A DNA stretch of 64,000 bases from Octopus vulgaris (lineage: Eukaryota), in the NCBI GenBank assembly GCA_951406725.2, contig OX597835.1, positions 4,402,001 to 4,466,000 of the forward strand. Direction: 5' to 3'. Below the pieces are notes generated by a model. The model was not told the origin of the DNA. It ran no database searches and saw nothing but the letters and a program-made list of their open reading frames with translations. Positions 31,269 through 46,056 of this stretch are shown one piece after another. The translations under genes and the position numbers were made by a program. Position 1 is the first letter of the stretch. Each line of letters starts with the position of its first letter.

Positions 31269-32188
31269 ACTCAACAACTAAATATTGACTAAATAAAACC
31301 AGAAATATTACAAAACAGGCAATCACGTGATGTGGCACTTGTTCGTCACCTTATTAATGTTAATTAACCTTTGGGAAATCAAGAATCCACCGAAAAGTCC
31401 CTGTCTTCATATTGTAGACTGATTTATGTAGAGAAAGATGGTTTGTCGTTACCTTTGAACTCTGAACTGTGGATTAAAGTAACCCAGTTGTATAAAACAG
31501 TCGTTGTTGGATACTTGGAGGAACTACACCTGTTGGTGGTGGTTTCGATTCTGGAGGGAGACCGAATACTTCCAGAGTATCTATATCTGTTTGTCATTCT
31601 ATGTGTAATTAATTCCTCTACCTATGGACTATTGGAAATAGCAGTCAAATCTCTCAAGGATTATTTATACTCTGTAGCTTTAAATTAAACAATGAAAAGT
31701 GTAAAGTTATTTTATATTGCTAATAGTGAACAATGGCGTCGTTGGTTTGACATTCGTTCATTGTGTAAAGAAAGACGAGAGAAATAAGGAAGTGTCTGTA
31801 AGTCGGTGTAGAATAAACATTGCAATGGATATCCTTCTGGGGTGTTGGTTCTCTGAAGCTGATAAAGACGGGATGGTCACAAGCTGGAATGTTTTCAGTC
31901 TTAGTTATGCTCCAGCTGGGGCTACTGTGGGCTAAACATCAGAACGATTACAACAACAACAACAACAACAACGATAACAGCGATGTGTCAGTTAAGAATA
32001 CGAACTCGTCACCCTTGAGCAGGTAGTCGGGTGCCTTCATTTACTCGGATGTCCCAGCTCTTGTAGCGATTAGATTAACAAATAGGATGTAGACACGCCA
32101 AAGTTAGGCACCGACTGACAGAACACTGTTGAACCTGATGTTCTTTACAGACGTCATGATAGATGGGGAACCGCAAACACAGTGCATG

Positions 32189-32242
<54 letters not shown>

Positions 32243-33419
32243 CGTGTGTAATATCTGTTTATGTATTCGACAGGATGTTAGCTGTCTCTTTATGAGATAT
32301 TTCGGTTACATCTGACTCACGGACAAGTGCAAGGAACGAAATCTCAGCCGTCAATTTCAAAGATCTGCCAAACCTTTTAAGCATTAAAAGATCGCAACGG
32401 TACCACAAACGAGGCATTTCCAGAGCAATTACATTCACCTAAAGCAGTCTCCCCCGACCTCTCACCTTTCCTTTTTTTCTCAAAACATCTATTTACTCTT
32501 TCGCTTGTTCGCAGGACCCCTCGCCATCGGTTAGCATGGGCAAGGAGAATTTAAACTAAATAAAACAATATAAAAAAAGCCCTGTCTTCTTTACGGACAC
32601 AGCATGATTGTCACACAATAGTGCAAAGTGAGGGGCCCACACGCCGTGCTACCTATGTCATCTCGCTCGTTTATTAAGCATCTGTGATTGTTCTGAATGG
32701 TTTTCTAAATAGTTAAGCAGTCCAAAACTCCATCACTGCTCGACTACTGAAACATTAACGTAATAACAGGATTCTTTATAAACATTGGCTTTTCAGTTTG
32801 GGATAAAAAGAAAATTAAAAAAAACAAAAAAACAAAACAAAAGAAAAACCCCAAAAAACAACCGTTTCCCTCCGTGCCCTTCGCCCTTTAAGGGACCTCA
32901 ATATTACGGTGCACCTACCACTGAAATTCTGTTTGAAATATATTTACTTTATCCTCGCTTCTAACCATCAAGTTTTTTCCATCTGCTTTATTAATCATCT
33001 CCGCAGTGGAATCCCCACCGACGTTTGTTCTTCTTAAGTTCCCCCCCTCCTCTCCCCTACCCCCCCTTTTATTTGTTTCCCCTTTTTGTTTCTTTCGTTC
33101 CGCTGTTATTTTAATCTGAACTGCAATTCCAATTAGAAAGGAGACTATTAAACAAAAGATATCTTAACTGATATGTATATGTGTGTGCGTATGTATACAT
33201 ATACACACACACAAATATGCATACATATACACACACACACACACGCATATATATACAAGCGGTAATGCTTCGATAAATATTTCTCTGATGTTAAACTATC
33301 AACAAGAATGGGAGCAACAAAGAATGATCAAAAGAAACAATAAAACACAGCCAAACAAACAGACGGCCATTTACCATTTACTGCTCCAAGAGGGGTCCAG
33401 GAAATATATCCGTGCAACC

Positions 33420-33453
<34 letters not shown>

Positions 33454-34071
33454 ACGCACACACACAAGTATTTATTTATTCGTATATATCTGTGTATTTC
33501 CACTCCCACGGTGCTTACACCCCAACTAAACACATTATTATAATACAACAGAAAAACGTTTTGCTTTTTTGACTCAGTAATGTTAACGCCTCACTCGCTC
33601 ATCCTCTATCCGGTCTCGCGAATACACACTACACCAACATCGTAATAATGATAATAATAATAATGATGATGATGATGATGATAACGATGATGATGATGAG
33701 GTGTACACGATGCATGGGACGGGGTATGTTTGCATATGTGTATATGTGCGCCTCATTGCATATGTATTGATATATATATATATACATGTGTGTGAACAAA
33801 TATACACATACGTTAACATGTACATATGCGACCATATGTATATATAAAAGAGTGTATATATAAGAGATGTACTCGCATAGCAAGTGATTTGATCTGAGAT
33901 CGTGTGTTGAAACGAAAACAATTGCTCAGATGCAGCACGGATTTTTGTCAGTGAACAGGTCGCGGATTTTAGCGACGAAAATATTTTGACAAATTAAACT
34001 TAAATGTTGAAGTGAATCGAACGGCTCTTGTGTGTTTCTTAAATGGCTTACAAACACCTTCCACGCTGCAA

Positions 34072-34135
<64 letters not shown>

Positions 34136-34137
<2 letters not shown>

Positions 34138-34282
34138 ACAAAATAAGAAAATGGAGAAACACATCTTAATCAATGATCAACTACCAGATAATACCCAATC
34201 ACATAATTTATTAAACCACTACATATGAACATTGTAGTTGATCATTGATTAAGGTGTATTTCTCCATTTTCTTATTTTGTAT
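34136..34282. repeat. 49 bp inverted repeat directly after (TA)n
   Basis: 34136-34184 matches the reverse complement of 34234-34282 with a few mismatches. Confidence 0.85.
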
Positions 34283-34451
34283 TATTAATTTGTGGTAAAT
34301 CACTTTACCTTTGCCCATATAATACAGTAAATGAATTAACTGCATCACAGTTCTTAACATTTATGTATTAACTTTGTTGGGTGCTTCACTAGCAGTATAT
34401 TGGATATATGTTATCCCGTGGAGGGTTGCACTTACAACCCCTATCTCAATT

Positions 34452-34489
<38 letters not shown>

Positions 34490-34589
34490 TGTATGTATAT
34501 ATGTATATATAAAATACGTGTGTATATATTATATATCGATAAATTATATATACATTATATATACATTAATATATATATATATGTGTGTT

Positions 34590-34789
34590 CTTTTATTTGT
34601 TTCAGTCATTTGACTGCGGCCATGCCGTAGCACCGCCTTTAGTCGAAAATATCGCCATCAGGACTTATTCTTTGTAAGCCTAGTACTCCTCTCGGTCTCT
34701 TTTGCCGAGCCGCTAAGTTACGGGGACGTAAACACACCAACATCGGTTGTCAAGCGATGGTGGAGGGCGGGGAGAAACACAGGCACATA

Positions 34790-34834
<45 letters not shown>

Positions 34835-34892
34835 CGGGTTTCTTTCAGTTTCCGTCTACCAAGTCGACTCACCAGTAGAAGACACTTGCCCA
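34590..34892 (-). mobile_element. SINE family C, 5'-truncated
   Basis: TTGTTTCAGTCATTTGACTGCGGCCATGC...TTCAGTTTCCGTCTACC. Confidence 0.82.
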
Positions 34893-35228
34893 AACGTGTA
34901 CACAGACACACATACACACGTGGCCTCGCACGCACACTCACACATGCACACGCACATACACATAAGGGTCTAAGGGAAATATCTCAAAATGGTCAGTGAA
35001 AATGAATATAAACAATATAAAAACATAAAGGTATATCAAACACCATACAAGATAAATAATTGATTTGTTGAATTTCTCTTCTCTTCGTTGAGAAAGAAAA
35101 AACAAATACCCAGCCTGCTCGCTTAGCCAGCGGGGTGGCGTCATTTGAAGGCTAAAACAATGTGAAGCGCATTGTGACCAGCGATATGTAGCAACATCTG
35201 AGAGCCTGGTCGGTCACGTGATCGCGTG

Positions 35229-35289
<61 letters not shown>

Positions 35290-35344
35290 CGTTTTTGGAT
35301 TTGGTTTACAAGATTCTTTATATGAGTTCGTGTGTTGAAGCATA

Positions 35345-35511
35345 TACTGTTTGTCTGGGGAGAAGTCATTTGCTTTTTGTGCCTTATAATTTAACATACT
35401 CGCCGGTTAAATTTAAAAATAAAAATATAAAATAAGTTGAAATTTTACCGGTGAGTGTGTTAAATTATAAGGCACAAAAAGAAAATGACTCTCCCAAGAT
35501 ACAACAGAATA
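35345..35511. repeat. ~70 bp-arm inverted repeat between (TA)n tracts
   Basis: AGTCATTTGCTTTTTGTGCCTTATAATTTAACATACTCGCCGG versus CCGGTGAGTGTGTTAAATTATAAGGCACAAAAAGAAAATGACT. Confidence 0.85.
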
Positions 35512-35880
35512 TATATATATTGTTAAAAGCGAAAAAGGACCAAGTAATCTCCCAAAATCCCGAATGCTAAAGTCTGTGTATTTTACGTTACTCGTTTTCT
35601 TTGTTATCTTTCTGCCGGTAAGGTCTTAAGGAACCAAAAGTTCCGACATTTTATTGACCCTCAAACATAAGATTCTGCTTCTATAGTCTGCTGACAAAAA
35701 TCTCAGAAATATTAACGACTGGAACTTAAATCAGTGTTTCTAAGAATCGCTATCGTTAACCATTTGACTGGAATTATAGAAAGAAATTCTTGAAAATCTC
35801 AAATGAAGCCGCACAATTCATTGGAAAAAAAAAGATGGCATCGACATACGAATTTAATTTTCTTATTTTGAGGCGAAATG

Positions 35881-35931
<51 letters not shown>

Positions 35932-36083
35932 TTTGAGCTTGTAACTAGTGATAGTATAATGCCCTCCAAATGTTTCCGTTAACAAACCACGCAAAATCGG
36001 TTAAGATGTGTGTAAAACAATTTAGCCGAGGGACCCCTGTAGGGAAATTGTTTTATGGACACACACACAAACACACACACATG

Positions 36084-36135
<52 letters not shown>

Positions 36136-36281
36136 ACACACACATACACAAACACACACAAATATGTGAGTGTATGTGCGTGTATGTATATATATATATA
36201 TACATACGTTCATACACGTTCGTTGGCGAAATCGTTTAAAAGAATATATGTGTGCATATGTGTGTGTGTATATATATATAC

Positions 36282-36362
<81 letters not shown>

Positions 36363-36870
36363 GGCTTGCATATGTATATGTATAGGTGTGTATATATTTA
36401 TATATATGTACGGATGTATTTATCTATGACTGTAGATGTCTATAGGTGAGAGAAAGAGAGAGAGAGGGAGAGAGAGAGAAAGAGCAAGACAGAAGGTATC
36501 GTAGAAGTTAGGGCTTGTGAAAGATGCTGCAGCGGTGGATCACTCCACTGAAACGTGCTTAGTATCTACGTTTTGAGTTCGATTCCTTCATCTATAGAAA
36601 TCAATAAATCAATAAATACTTGACCTTCTATTTACTAAACAGCAAGTGTTCAAACTGGACTGGCTGAGAATCGATCCTCTGTCCTTCCGTCAACACATGT
36701 ATGCTAATCTGAGAAAGTATTTGTTTAAAACACTCGTTGATATGTTTACAGAGCTGATTGTTTTGAGGCTGGGGTAATTCCATCCCGTTTCAGACCATCC
36801 ATTTATGACCATTCCATTTGTTATTGATATCAAAAATTTTTTCAGAGCAGAAGGGTATAATTTGAGGGGG

Positions 36871-37254
36871 GTGGAGGCGCAATGGCCCAGTGGTTAGGGC
36901 AGCGGACTCGCTGTCGTAGGATCGCGGTTTCGATTCCCAGACCGGGCGTTGTGAGTGTTTATTGAGCGAAAACACCTAAAAGCTCCACGAGGCTCTGGCA
37001 GGGGATGGTGGTGATCCCTGCTGTACTCTTTCACCACAACTTTCTCTCACTCTTACTTCCTGTTTCTGTTGTACCTCTATTTCAAAGGGCCGGCCTTGTC
37101 ACTCTCTGTGTCACGCTGAATATCCCCGAGAACTGCGTTAAGGGTACACGTGTCTGTGGAGTGCTCAGCCACTTACACGTTAATTTCACGAGCAGGCTGT
37201 TCCGTTGATCGGATCAACCGGAACCCTCGTCGTCGTAACCGACGGAGTGCTTCC
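36871..37254 (+). mobile_element. tRNA-derived SINE family B, full length with 12 bp TSD
   Basis: GTGGAGGCGCAATGGCCCAGTGGTTAGGGCAGCGGACTC..GGTTTCGATTCCC head; TSD AATTTGAGGGGG at 36859 and 37255. Confidence 0.93.
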
Positions 37255-37605
37255 AATTTGAGGGGGATTTGGCTGCCATTCTAGCAAGTCGAGCAATGGT
37301 ATAAAAGCTCCCTTCTTGATGTGAAACAGCGAATGTTCTTGGGAATTTCATATCACAACAACTCATTTCACGTTCGAGTACACTAACAGTAAAGACGACG
37401 TTCTTTCAGCATGTTATTAGATCGTCAAGTATGATATTTGTAGTAAGGTATATGGTAAATTTTGACAGCTGCTCATTTTGCACTGTTATTATATTTTGAC
37501 AATCTTTATTTTTTGTTAGAAAGCTCACACATCTATTTCTTTATTCTAACTCCTTTTACGCTTTATAAAATATTTATAAATCGTTTTTGCTATTTTTGTT
37601 TAGAG

Positions 37606-38555
37606 ATGGATAAAGTCGGAAATCCGTACAGTTTAGAAATATGAGTTCTTTCTTGGAAATACAACATCACAGACAGCTCAGTATATTAACGGAGTATTTC
37701 ATTCTAATGTTATTACACAGCAGACAGTATCAAATTGGTTTGCAAAATTTCGTTTAGGTAACTTTGAACTCACAAATGAGCAATACGGTCAACCAGAAAC
37801 AAAGGTGGATAATGACAAACTGAAAGCCACCGTTGAGTCAGATCCATCTCAAAGTGCTCATGAATTATCGTTGTTGTTTGGTGTTAGCAAGCAAACAATA
37901 CTGACTCACCTGGTTCAAATCGGTAAAGGGTAAAACTTGGATAAGAGGGTTCCACATTAACTCAATGAAAATCAGAAACAGCAACGTTTGGAAGCCTTGC
38001 GTTATGCTACTTCCTCGTATCAAAAATGAATAATTTGTGAATCGAATTCTAACATGTGATGAGAAATAGATCCAATACAAGAACCGTCAACGTTCAGCAC
38101 AATGGTTGGACAAAGACAAGCCACCAAAAACACAGTCCAAAAAGCAAAATTCCTCAAAAGAAGCTGATGGTGTGCGTTTGGTGGTGTGGCGCAGGTGTGA
38201 TCCATTATCATTTCATTAAACGTGGGCCATCAATCACGGCCGATGTATACTGCAGCTAACTGGACCAAATGATCCGGAAACCTAAAAAAAAATTTTAAAA
38301 GCCTAGCTTAGTTAACAGATCCACTCCTATTTTATTGCAAGACAACGACAGACCACACATCGCAAAAATGCCCCCACTGACTACCACTGCTTCCAGGATT
38401 TGGATAACTTTTTGATTGGAAATAATTTTAATTCCGACGATGTTGTAAAACAGGCCTTCCAAGATTTTATTGACTCTTACAGATTCCGTGCTGGACAAGA
38501 TACCGCTGAAATGGCAAAAGGGTTTGACATTATGGGTTCATACTTTGATGAATAA
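37606..38555 (+). pseudogene. Mariner transposase pseudogene (Hsmar1/cecropia-like), frameshifted and internally deleted
   Basis: Translates across frames to MDK..YEFFLG..TVSNWFAKFRLGNFEL..DNDKLKATVESDPSQS..RVPH*LNENQKQQR..RILTCDEK..SAQWLDKD..KKLMVCVWW..GVIHYHF..ITADVYC..ILLQDNDRPHIA..PTDYHCF..WQK..GSYFDE*. It has stops and frameshifts, and the YSPDL region is deleted. A probable left end TA|TTAG lies at ~37417. Confidence 0.93.
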
Positions 38556-39109
38556 AACTATACATCCATATATACATATATATACACACACACGTATATA
38601 TGTGTATGGAAGCATGTACATGAATGTTTGTGCGTATATGTGTGCATGTCGGTTTTAACGAGGAGTATTGAGTTGTTCAATCAAATGAACGTCCGACTTA
38701 TTAAATTGACGAAGTATTCTACAACCACGTGTAACCCGTAACGGAATTCTCAACCGGAAACAACGTGAAACAATGTGGGACAAGGTTACACCTTTGAATT
38801 ATTGGTACAATCCACCTGAAGGGCTTTACACAATCTCCGCCTGCCCTGTTTTGCTCACATGGTTTGAGTCATCTCGAGCCGCAAGAGAAATTCTCATAAA
38901 AGTTTTTTTTAAAAGAACCTCTATATGTATTGAGCACTCTCTTTCTCATTCGTTCGAAATGATGCAAAGTGTGTGTAAAGGGTCGGGGTGTAACTTGTTC
39001 TGCAGCTGTCTGGCCTAAAATGAGCGATCTATATTAAATTCAGATTTAATATTTGCAACCATTCACATATTAAACGCACGGCTTGCATTCCTTGCATTCG
39101 TGCAGAAAC

Positions 39110-39160
<51 letters not shown>

Positions 39161-39478
39161 GAATCTAACCTGTCCTGTTATGCTAAGAGACTAATTATCT
39201 TGTAAAAATGAGAGAAAAAAATAGCGCAATAAAAATAAAGATAAATATAAATAAATAAAAGTAAAAAATATCAGGGAAAAAATGCGACATAAATACCTAA
39301 TTTATGATAAAAGGGGATTGGCAGGCGTTCAGTTATGTAACCGGTAACAGTATCATTTTCTAAGTCGTAGGTTCGTGGTTCGGATTCCATCAGTGGAACT
39401 GTTTTTCTCTTTTATGTCAACTTGGAACATATATCTAATATCAGTCTTTGTTGAGAAATCTTAGCATTTAATTTAGCC

Positions 39479-39519
<41 letters not shown>

Positions 39520-39596
39520 ACACACATACACACAGACACACAGACACACACATACACACACACATAGATATATGCATGTATGTACGCGCGCGACTC

Positions 39597-39627
<31 letters not shown>

Positions 39628-39663
39628 CTGTGTGTATGTGTGTGTGCCTGTGTGTATGTGTGT

Positions 39664-39724
<61 letters not shown>

Positions 39725-40273
39725 AAATGTTGATGGATGAGGTGGTGCAGGAGAAACGACAAGTTTCTTAATGTTGTAAGCATAAAACGGTGTGTTTCTG
39801 CTCAGATGATGATAAACAGTGGAAAGTTTGACACATTTCAGTGAAGTAATACAAACCTTAATCACGGCAGCAGGGGTCGGGGTGGGGGGATGGGAGGGGG
39901 GCGTAGGGGCGAAAGAGGAAACAGAGGAGGAAAGAGAGAAAGAGAGAAAGATTGGCGAATGTCTTAGGAGGAAATTAATTAATTAATTAATTAATAAGAT
40001 AAGCTTGATTGAAGAAGATAGAGTCTAGATTTACATAAATTAGTTATTGGAAAGAGAAAGAGAGGGAGAGACAGAGAGACAGAGAGAGACAGACAGAGAC
40101 AGAGAGAGACAGAGAGAAAGAGAGAGAGAGACAGAGAGAGAGACAGAGAGAGAGAGGAGGAGGAGGAGGATGGAAAGGAACGATGGAAGAACGAGCAACG
40201 AATCTAACAGACAGTGTGTGCGTGTGTGTTTGTGTGCGTGCGTGTGTGTGTGTGTGTTTGTGTGTGTCTGTGT

Positions 40274-40320
<47 letters not shown>

Positions 40321-40584
40321 CGCGTGTGTGTGTGTGTGTGTGTGTGCGTGTGTGTGTGTATGTGTGTGTGCGTATGGCAAATTAATGACTTGATAATCAG
40401 CATTAAAGATATTTTGATACATTTGTGTGTGTATATATCTAAATAATCAATGTATGTAGATGTGTGCACCGTTTCTCATAATTTGCTTGCGCATTCACAG
40501 ACATACATACACGTGCAAACACACACACACACACACACACACATAATTGCAGATGCACATTTAAGCTCCAATGTATGAAATATG

Positions 40585-41045
<461 letters not shown>

Positions 41046-41377
41046 TATGCATGTAGCTATATATATGGGTGTATGTATTAACATCTGTGTAGAAACTCTT
41101 CTATTTTTAACCATTCCCCCCCCCCTCGATTTGTTCAAAGGGATTTGAGTACAGCCCCACCAACACGCCCCGGGCTAGCTAATTTTACTTTTAAAACCAC
41201 ACAGACAGACAGACAGACACACACACACACACACACACACGCACTGGCATACACACACACACACATACACACACACTGGCATACACACACAATGGCATAC
41301 ACACACACATACACACACACGAACACACTGGCATACCCATACACACACACAAACACACGCATGTACATGTATACTTC

Positions 41378-41772
41378 TATCTTTTACTTGTTTCTGTCAT
41401 GAGACTGCGGCCATGCTGCAGCAGCGCCTTGAAGACATTTTATAGATTTGAATCGATTCCAGTACTTCCTTTTCAAAGCATATTACTCATTCCATCGGTC
41501 TCTTTGCCGAACCGCTACCTCACGGGGACACAAGCACTCCAACAGCGGTCGTCAATCAGTGCTGGGGAGCAAATGCAGACACACACACACACATACATAC
41601 CGATATACATAAACATAGGACGGGCTTCTTTCAGTTTCCGTCTGCCAAATCCGCTCATAAGGCTTTGGTCGGCCCGAGGCTATAGTTGAAGACTCTTGTC
41701 CAAGGTACCAAGCAGTGGGATTGAACCCGGAACCATGGAGATTGAGAAACAAGCTTGTTACCGCACAGCCGC
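41378..41772 (-). mobile_element. SINE family C (diverged)
   Basis: Both halves are recognisable on the minus strand. Confidence 0.8.
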
Positions 41773-42493
41773 AATACTTGTGCAAGTATATGCATGATTG
41801 TGCGGCATATGCACACATACATACATATACACACACAAACACACGTCTATGTGTGATAGAGAGAGAGAGAATGAGAGAGAGACAGACAGACAGGCAGACA
41901 GAGAGGAGTAGGAGTAGAAGGAGTAGGAGGAGGAAAACGTTGGAGACAACTGTGAATGAGCGGCAGTAAAAGCTTCATAGACATGATCGACCGTTTATAG
42001 ACAGCAATTCAAATGAATGCGAAAAGTGTGTGTCGTAGAGTTTCCAAATTCCTTAAACGTTAAATGTATTTAGCAAATGATTTATTGGGTTCATTCAACT
42101 TTCAGGTAGGATGCAGAGGCTTAACTTTGCAGATATACTGATTTCGAGCAATTTAAGGCCGATATGTAAATGAGTGTGTGTGTGTGTGTGTGTGTGTGTT
42201 GTTTCCCTTTCTTTGCCGCGGTGGAAGGAAAAAGCAGTGGCTGTGATGAAAGTGCAGAAGAGAGAGCGAAAAATAACAGTGTTGATTACTGTCCCTAGAA
42301 AAGTGAATTACTTATGAATAAGGTGTGACTTATTTGAAAGTTAGAGGCCAGTGCTTGGGTACGAGATTTGTTAACAAACATTCTCTAGTATGTACCAGGC
42401 AAAAGGACACATTCCTTGCATTTTGAAGTCTAATGTTGATGGAAATCATAAATCCTTATCGAATGTTACAGCAGATACAAATCTGGTGGAGAC

Positions 42494-42988
42494 TTAAAGG
42501 AAAGATTCTTCATTTCAAGTCATTAATGAGGAAGATATTTCAATGTGATGTGGGGGTAGAATACGATTTTGAAGGTTCCGTGTAAAGGACTTTTCATCGT
42601 ATATTTCAGAGGGCAGGCAAAAACAGAAAAGGCCTGCTTGAAATATCTGTTGGAGACACTGACTATGGGGTCTATCCATCGACTATCTCGTGGTAGCAAT
42701 ATCTGTAGAGTAGGACATCAGATTTTATGGTGGATGGTTGTGAGAATTCCCATGGTGGAGTAAGCAGCGCAACAACCGAAGAAATTGAACCCTTGGGAAA
42801 TGATTAAAGGAAAGAATTTTAATTTCCCAAGTTATTAATGGGGAACATATTTCAATGTGATGTGGGGATAGAATACGATTTTCAAGGTTCCGTGTAAAGG
42901 ACTTTTTGTCATATGTTTCAGAGGGCAGGCAAAATACATGTCAGAGAAGATAGCATCAAAGAAACAGAAAGGGCCTGCTTGAAATATC
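42494..42988 (+). repeat. Local direct duplication (~42494-42647 and ~42804-42988)
   Basis: ATATTTCAATGTGATGTGGGG.TAGAATACGATTTT.AAGGTTCCGTGTAAAGGACTTTT..GGCCTGCTTGAAATATC occurs twice. Confidence 0.88.
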
Positions 42989-43546
42989 AGCTTAATCTCC
43001 CTCAAGTCCTTAGGAAAGGCTTGACGGAATAACATTGCCTGTACTTAGGGAGTGGGGTGAGAAAGGACTGTTGTGACTAGGGTGGCTTTGATTAGTTTTG
43101 AACTGGGACTACCCACTACCACCATCACCACCATCATCATCACAACAACAACATCAATAACACAACATTAAGCCTTATCTATGACCTTGTCAGAAATAAA
43201 TCCATTCTTAGATACTTCAAAAATATTTATTCAGCTGTTGTTAATGTCGTTGTTTAGCACTAAGCTGGCAAGCTGAAAGAATTGCTGGTGCGTCGGATAA
43301 AAAGCTTCACGGTCTTTCTTGTTCTGTTAAATCTTGACATGAAACTTTTCATTTTGGCCGGCGCGTTCTTGTGCAACAACCAAAGAAGACAATTGGAAAC
43401 CGTTCCGAAGCACCTGACAGGTTTTATCTTAATTGCAGACAATCTGATCATGACCATCCATTTATTTAGTTTACTTAGGACCCGAATATCTAAAATATTC
43501 CTCATCAGGTTTTTTTTCTTTTGTTTTAAAGACGGAAAAATATGAT

Positions 43547-43684
43547 GCAAGGCAGCGAATCAGTAGAAATTAGAGGCGTCAGATTAGCTGCTCCGGTTTG
43601 CAGTGCTCAGAGTTCAAATCCGCCAAGGTCAAAGTTGCTTTTGATCCTTCGAAAGCCGATAAAGTACCAGTACTGGGGGTCGAA
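43547..43684 (+). mobile_element. SINE family A (diverged)
   Basis: GAGTTCAAATCCGCCAAGGTCAA..GATAAAGTACCAGTACTGGGGGTCGA. Confidence 0.6.
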
Positions 43685-44290
43685 TCTTACCTTTACCTGG
43701 CTCTTATTTTCTTTTTGCTGCTTATTCTGAAAGAAGTCAGCCGCAGTCAAACTCCAGGAAGAATGGTTTCTGCCAAACACATCGCATATCATTCGATGAA
43801 GGAGTCCCAAGGCAAGGCAAGAATGTGATGCTAGCAGTTGCGTACGTAGTTCTTCAATTTCTACAGCAGACACCTCTCCAGCCAGCCAGCCATCCGAGCA
43901 GCCAGCCAACCATGTCAAACTGTAAGTACTGGAACTTAACCAACAGTTGTTATCCAACTAATCAGCGTGCCATGCAACTTCTTAATCAGACAGGCATTAG
44001 CGCCCCGCCCCACCACCACCACCACCATCACCACCACCACCACCACCATTACTGCACCTCTAACAGCGTGTCTGTCAAATAGACACACACACTGTTAGAG
44101 AGGAACCGACAAGTTGGATGGAAGATAGAAAACTAGAGAGGGAGAAATGAGAATGAGAGAGAGAGAGAGAGAGAGAAAGAGGGAGAGGGAGAGGGAGAGG
44201 GAGATGGAGAGGGAGAGAATGTAATATGTTGGTGGGGTTTAACACCGACACCTACTTATACGTCAGTTTCCGCTTACGTTAATAACCCAT

Positions 44291-44329
<39 letters not shown>

Positions 44330-44478
44330 ACTACTTACTACTTCTGCCGTCGGTGCTACAAGAGCGAACGCGTTATCAAGTATGTTGAGATAAAGTTATA
44401 ATATCAGCCTCTGACACACAAGAGAAACAGCCGCACAGAAGTTTTAACAGCGACATGTATAGACGTATGGAGTTATGT

Positions 44479-44516
<38 letters not shown>

Positions 44517-44653
44517 GTATATATATATAGACATATGTATGAGTGTGTGCATATATATACATACATACATATATATATAAATGTATATATACAGACATAT
44601 ATGTATGAGTGTGTGCATATATACATATGTAAATATATGTACATATATTGTTA

Positions 44654-44697
<44 letters not shown>

Positions 44698-45129
44698 CAC
44701 ATACATACTTATATATGCATGCATATAAGTATGTATGCGTAAGCTTGTGTATGTGTATGTGTTTGTATGTGTGTACGAATATATGTGTGTACATGTGTGT
44801 ATGTGTGTGTGTGTGTGTTATTGCAATAGAAGGCAGTAGTACTGCATAAACAACATTGAATATTCCTTCCAAAGGTTTAAATATTAGGAATCGAAAATAA
44901 ATTACGCGCCATTTCACTGGAATCCAGGATCAGTCACGCAAACAAAATAAGTTCTCTCTCACTTTCTTTCTTTCTTTCTTCCCCACCTCTCTCTATCTCT
45001 CCTCTCCCTGTCTCTGTCTGTCTGTCTTTCTATCTCTCTCTCTCTCTCTCTCTCTCTCATTCCTACAAACTTTGAATAGGTGTTGCTAACTCGAAATATT
45101 TCAGTGACTGTTTTTTTGAAAATAGATAT

Positions 45130-45810
45130 TACTTTTGATTATTTTATCGTCCAAAGTCGAAGAGAGCTAAAAGTAAAAGACAACTTGATTAGATTCTCAA
45201 TCCAATCGAGATGTATCCAATAACGTAGCTAGAAACTTTTTGCCTCAAATTAGATAACATTTCCCTAAAACTCATTGATATCAAGCTTTTTAACTTCTAT
45301 AACGTCAAGGCTAGCAACTCATACTCAATAACACTTCCAATATTGTCCACCACAGCAAGTAAAACATACATCCATACACCGTCCACTGCCCATCCAAACT
45401 ACTAACTATTCAGTGGGAGGTCTCTGCCTCGCAAATACTGTGGTCTATAGAGTCACTTTCAAACTATTCGATGGTATCACGATGTACTTCACGGCATAAC
45501 AGCTGAGAATTTCAAGGGAAGATTTACGCAATGTCTGCATGTAAGAATGGGGAAATCTCCATCTCCTTCTCCTGTTTTATCTATAGATTCCATGACTATA
45601 GAGATAACTCCCTCAAAATCATGGAGTAGCTTTGACAGGGCCTCTTCTTACTAACATGGACTACTAAATTGTGAACTCTTCTTCCGTAAGGAACGCTTCA
45701 TATGCTGGAACATCCACCAGCAGCAGCAGCAGAGGTCTATCTTACTGTTGTCAACAACAGGTCTATCCAACTGTAGTCACCAAAAATGTATTCGTTTGTG
45801 GACTTTAAGC
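45130..45810 (+). mobile_element. Decayed Penelope-like retroelement ORF, 3' part (linker + GIY-YIG endonuclease)
   Basis: Degenerate translation gives HFPKTH..KLFNFYNVKAS, GGLCLANTVVYRV (45416), GITAENFKGRF (45493), SWSSFDRASSY*HG..CEL and SNCSHQK. The order matches Penelope CLxxxVVY..YIGxT..FKxR..W.I..A..Y..G..C.LC..CRH. Confidence 0.72.
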
Positions 45811-45838
45811 CATTGGCCGCTGATAAACAAAAATAATC

Positions 45839-46056
45839 GCATTAACCCCAGGTCGGCTGTAGAACCGCAGATGTAAAGAAAACCCCAATCATCACGAGAC
45901 AATTAGACTCTTCGGTAGGGCTCTGTTAATTGTGTGACACAGTCTTACTGGTGGGCTGGAGAAGAGATTTGAAGTTTGCCATCAGTTTCACCCATCTCCA
46001 AGTGCTCAGCCACCAACTCCAATATTTCTATGTTCAAACGAACTACTTTATTTTTT
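45839..46056 (+). repeat. ~220 bp dispersed duplication (second copy at 49650-49873)
   Basis: GCATTAACCCCAGGTCGGCTGTAGAAC...GTTCAAACGAACTACTTTATTTTTT is present twice with few differences. Confidence 0.93.

Noticed and set aside
36871-36945. tRNA genes (here and at similar heads)
   Set aside because: The tRNA-like heads continue into shared SINE bodies and several have TSDs.
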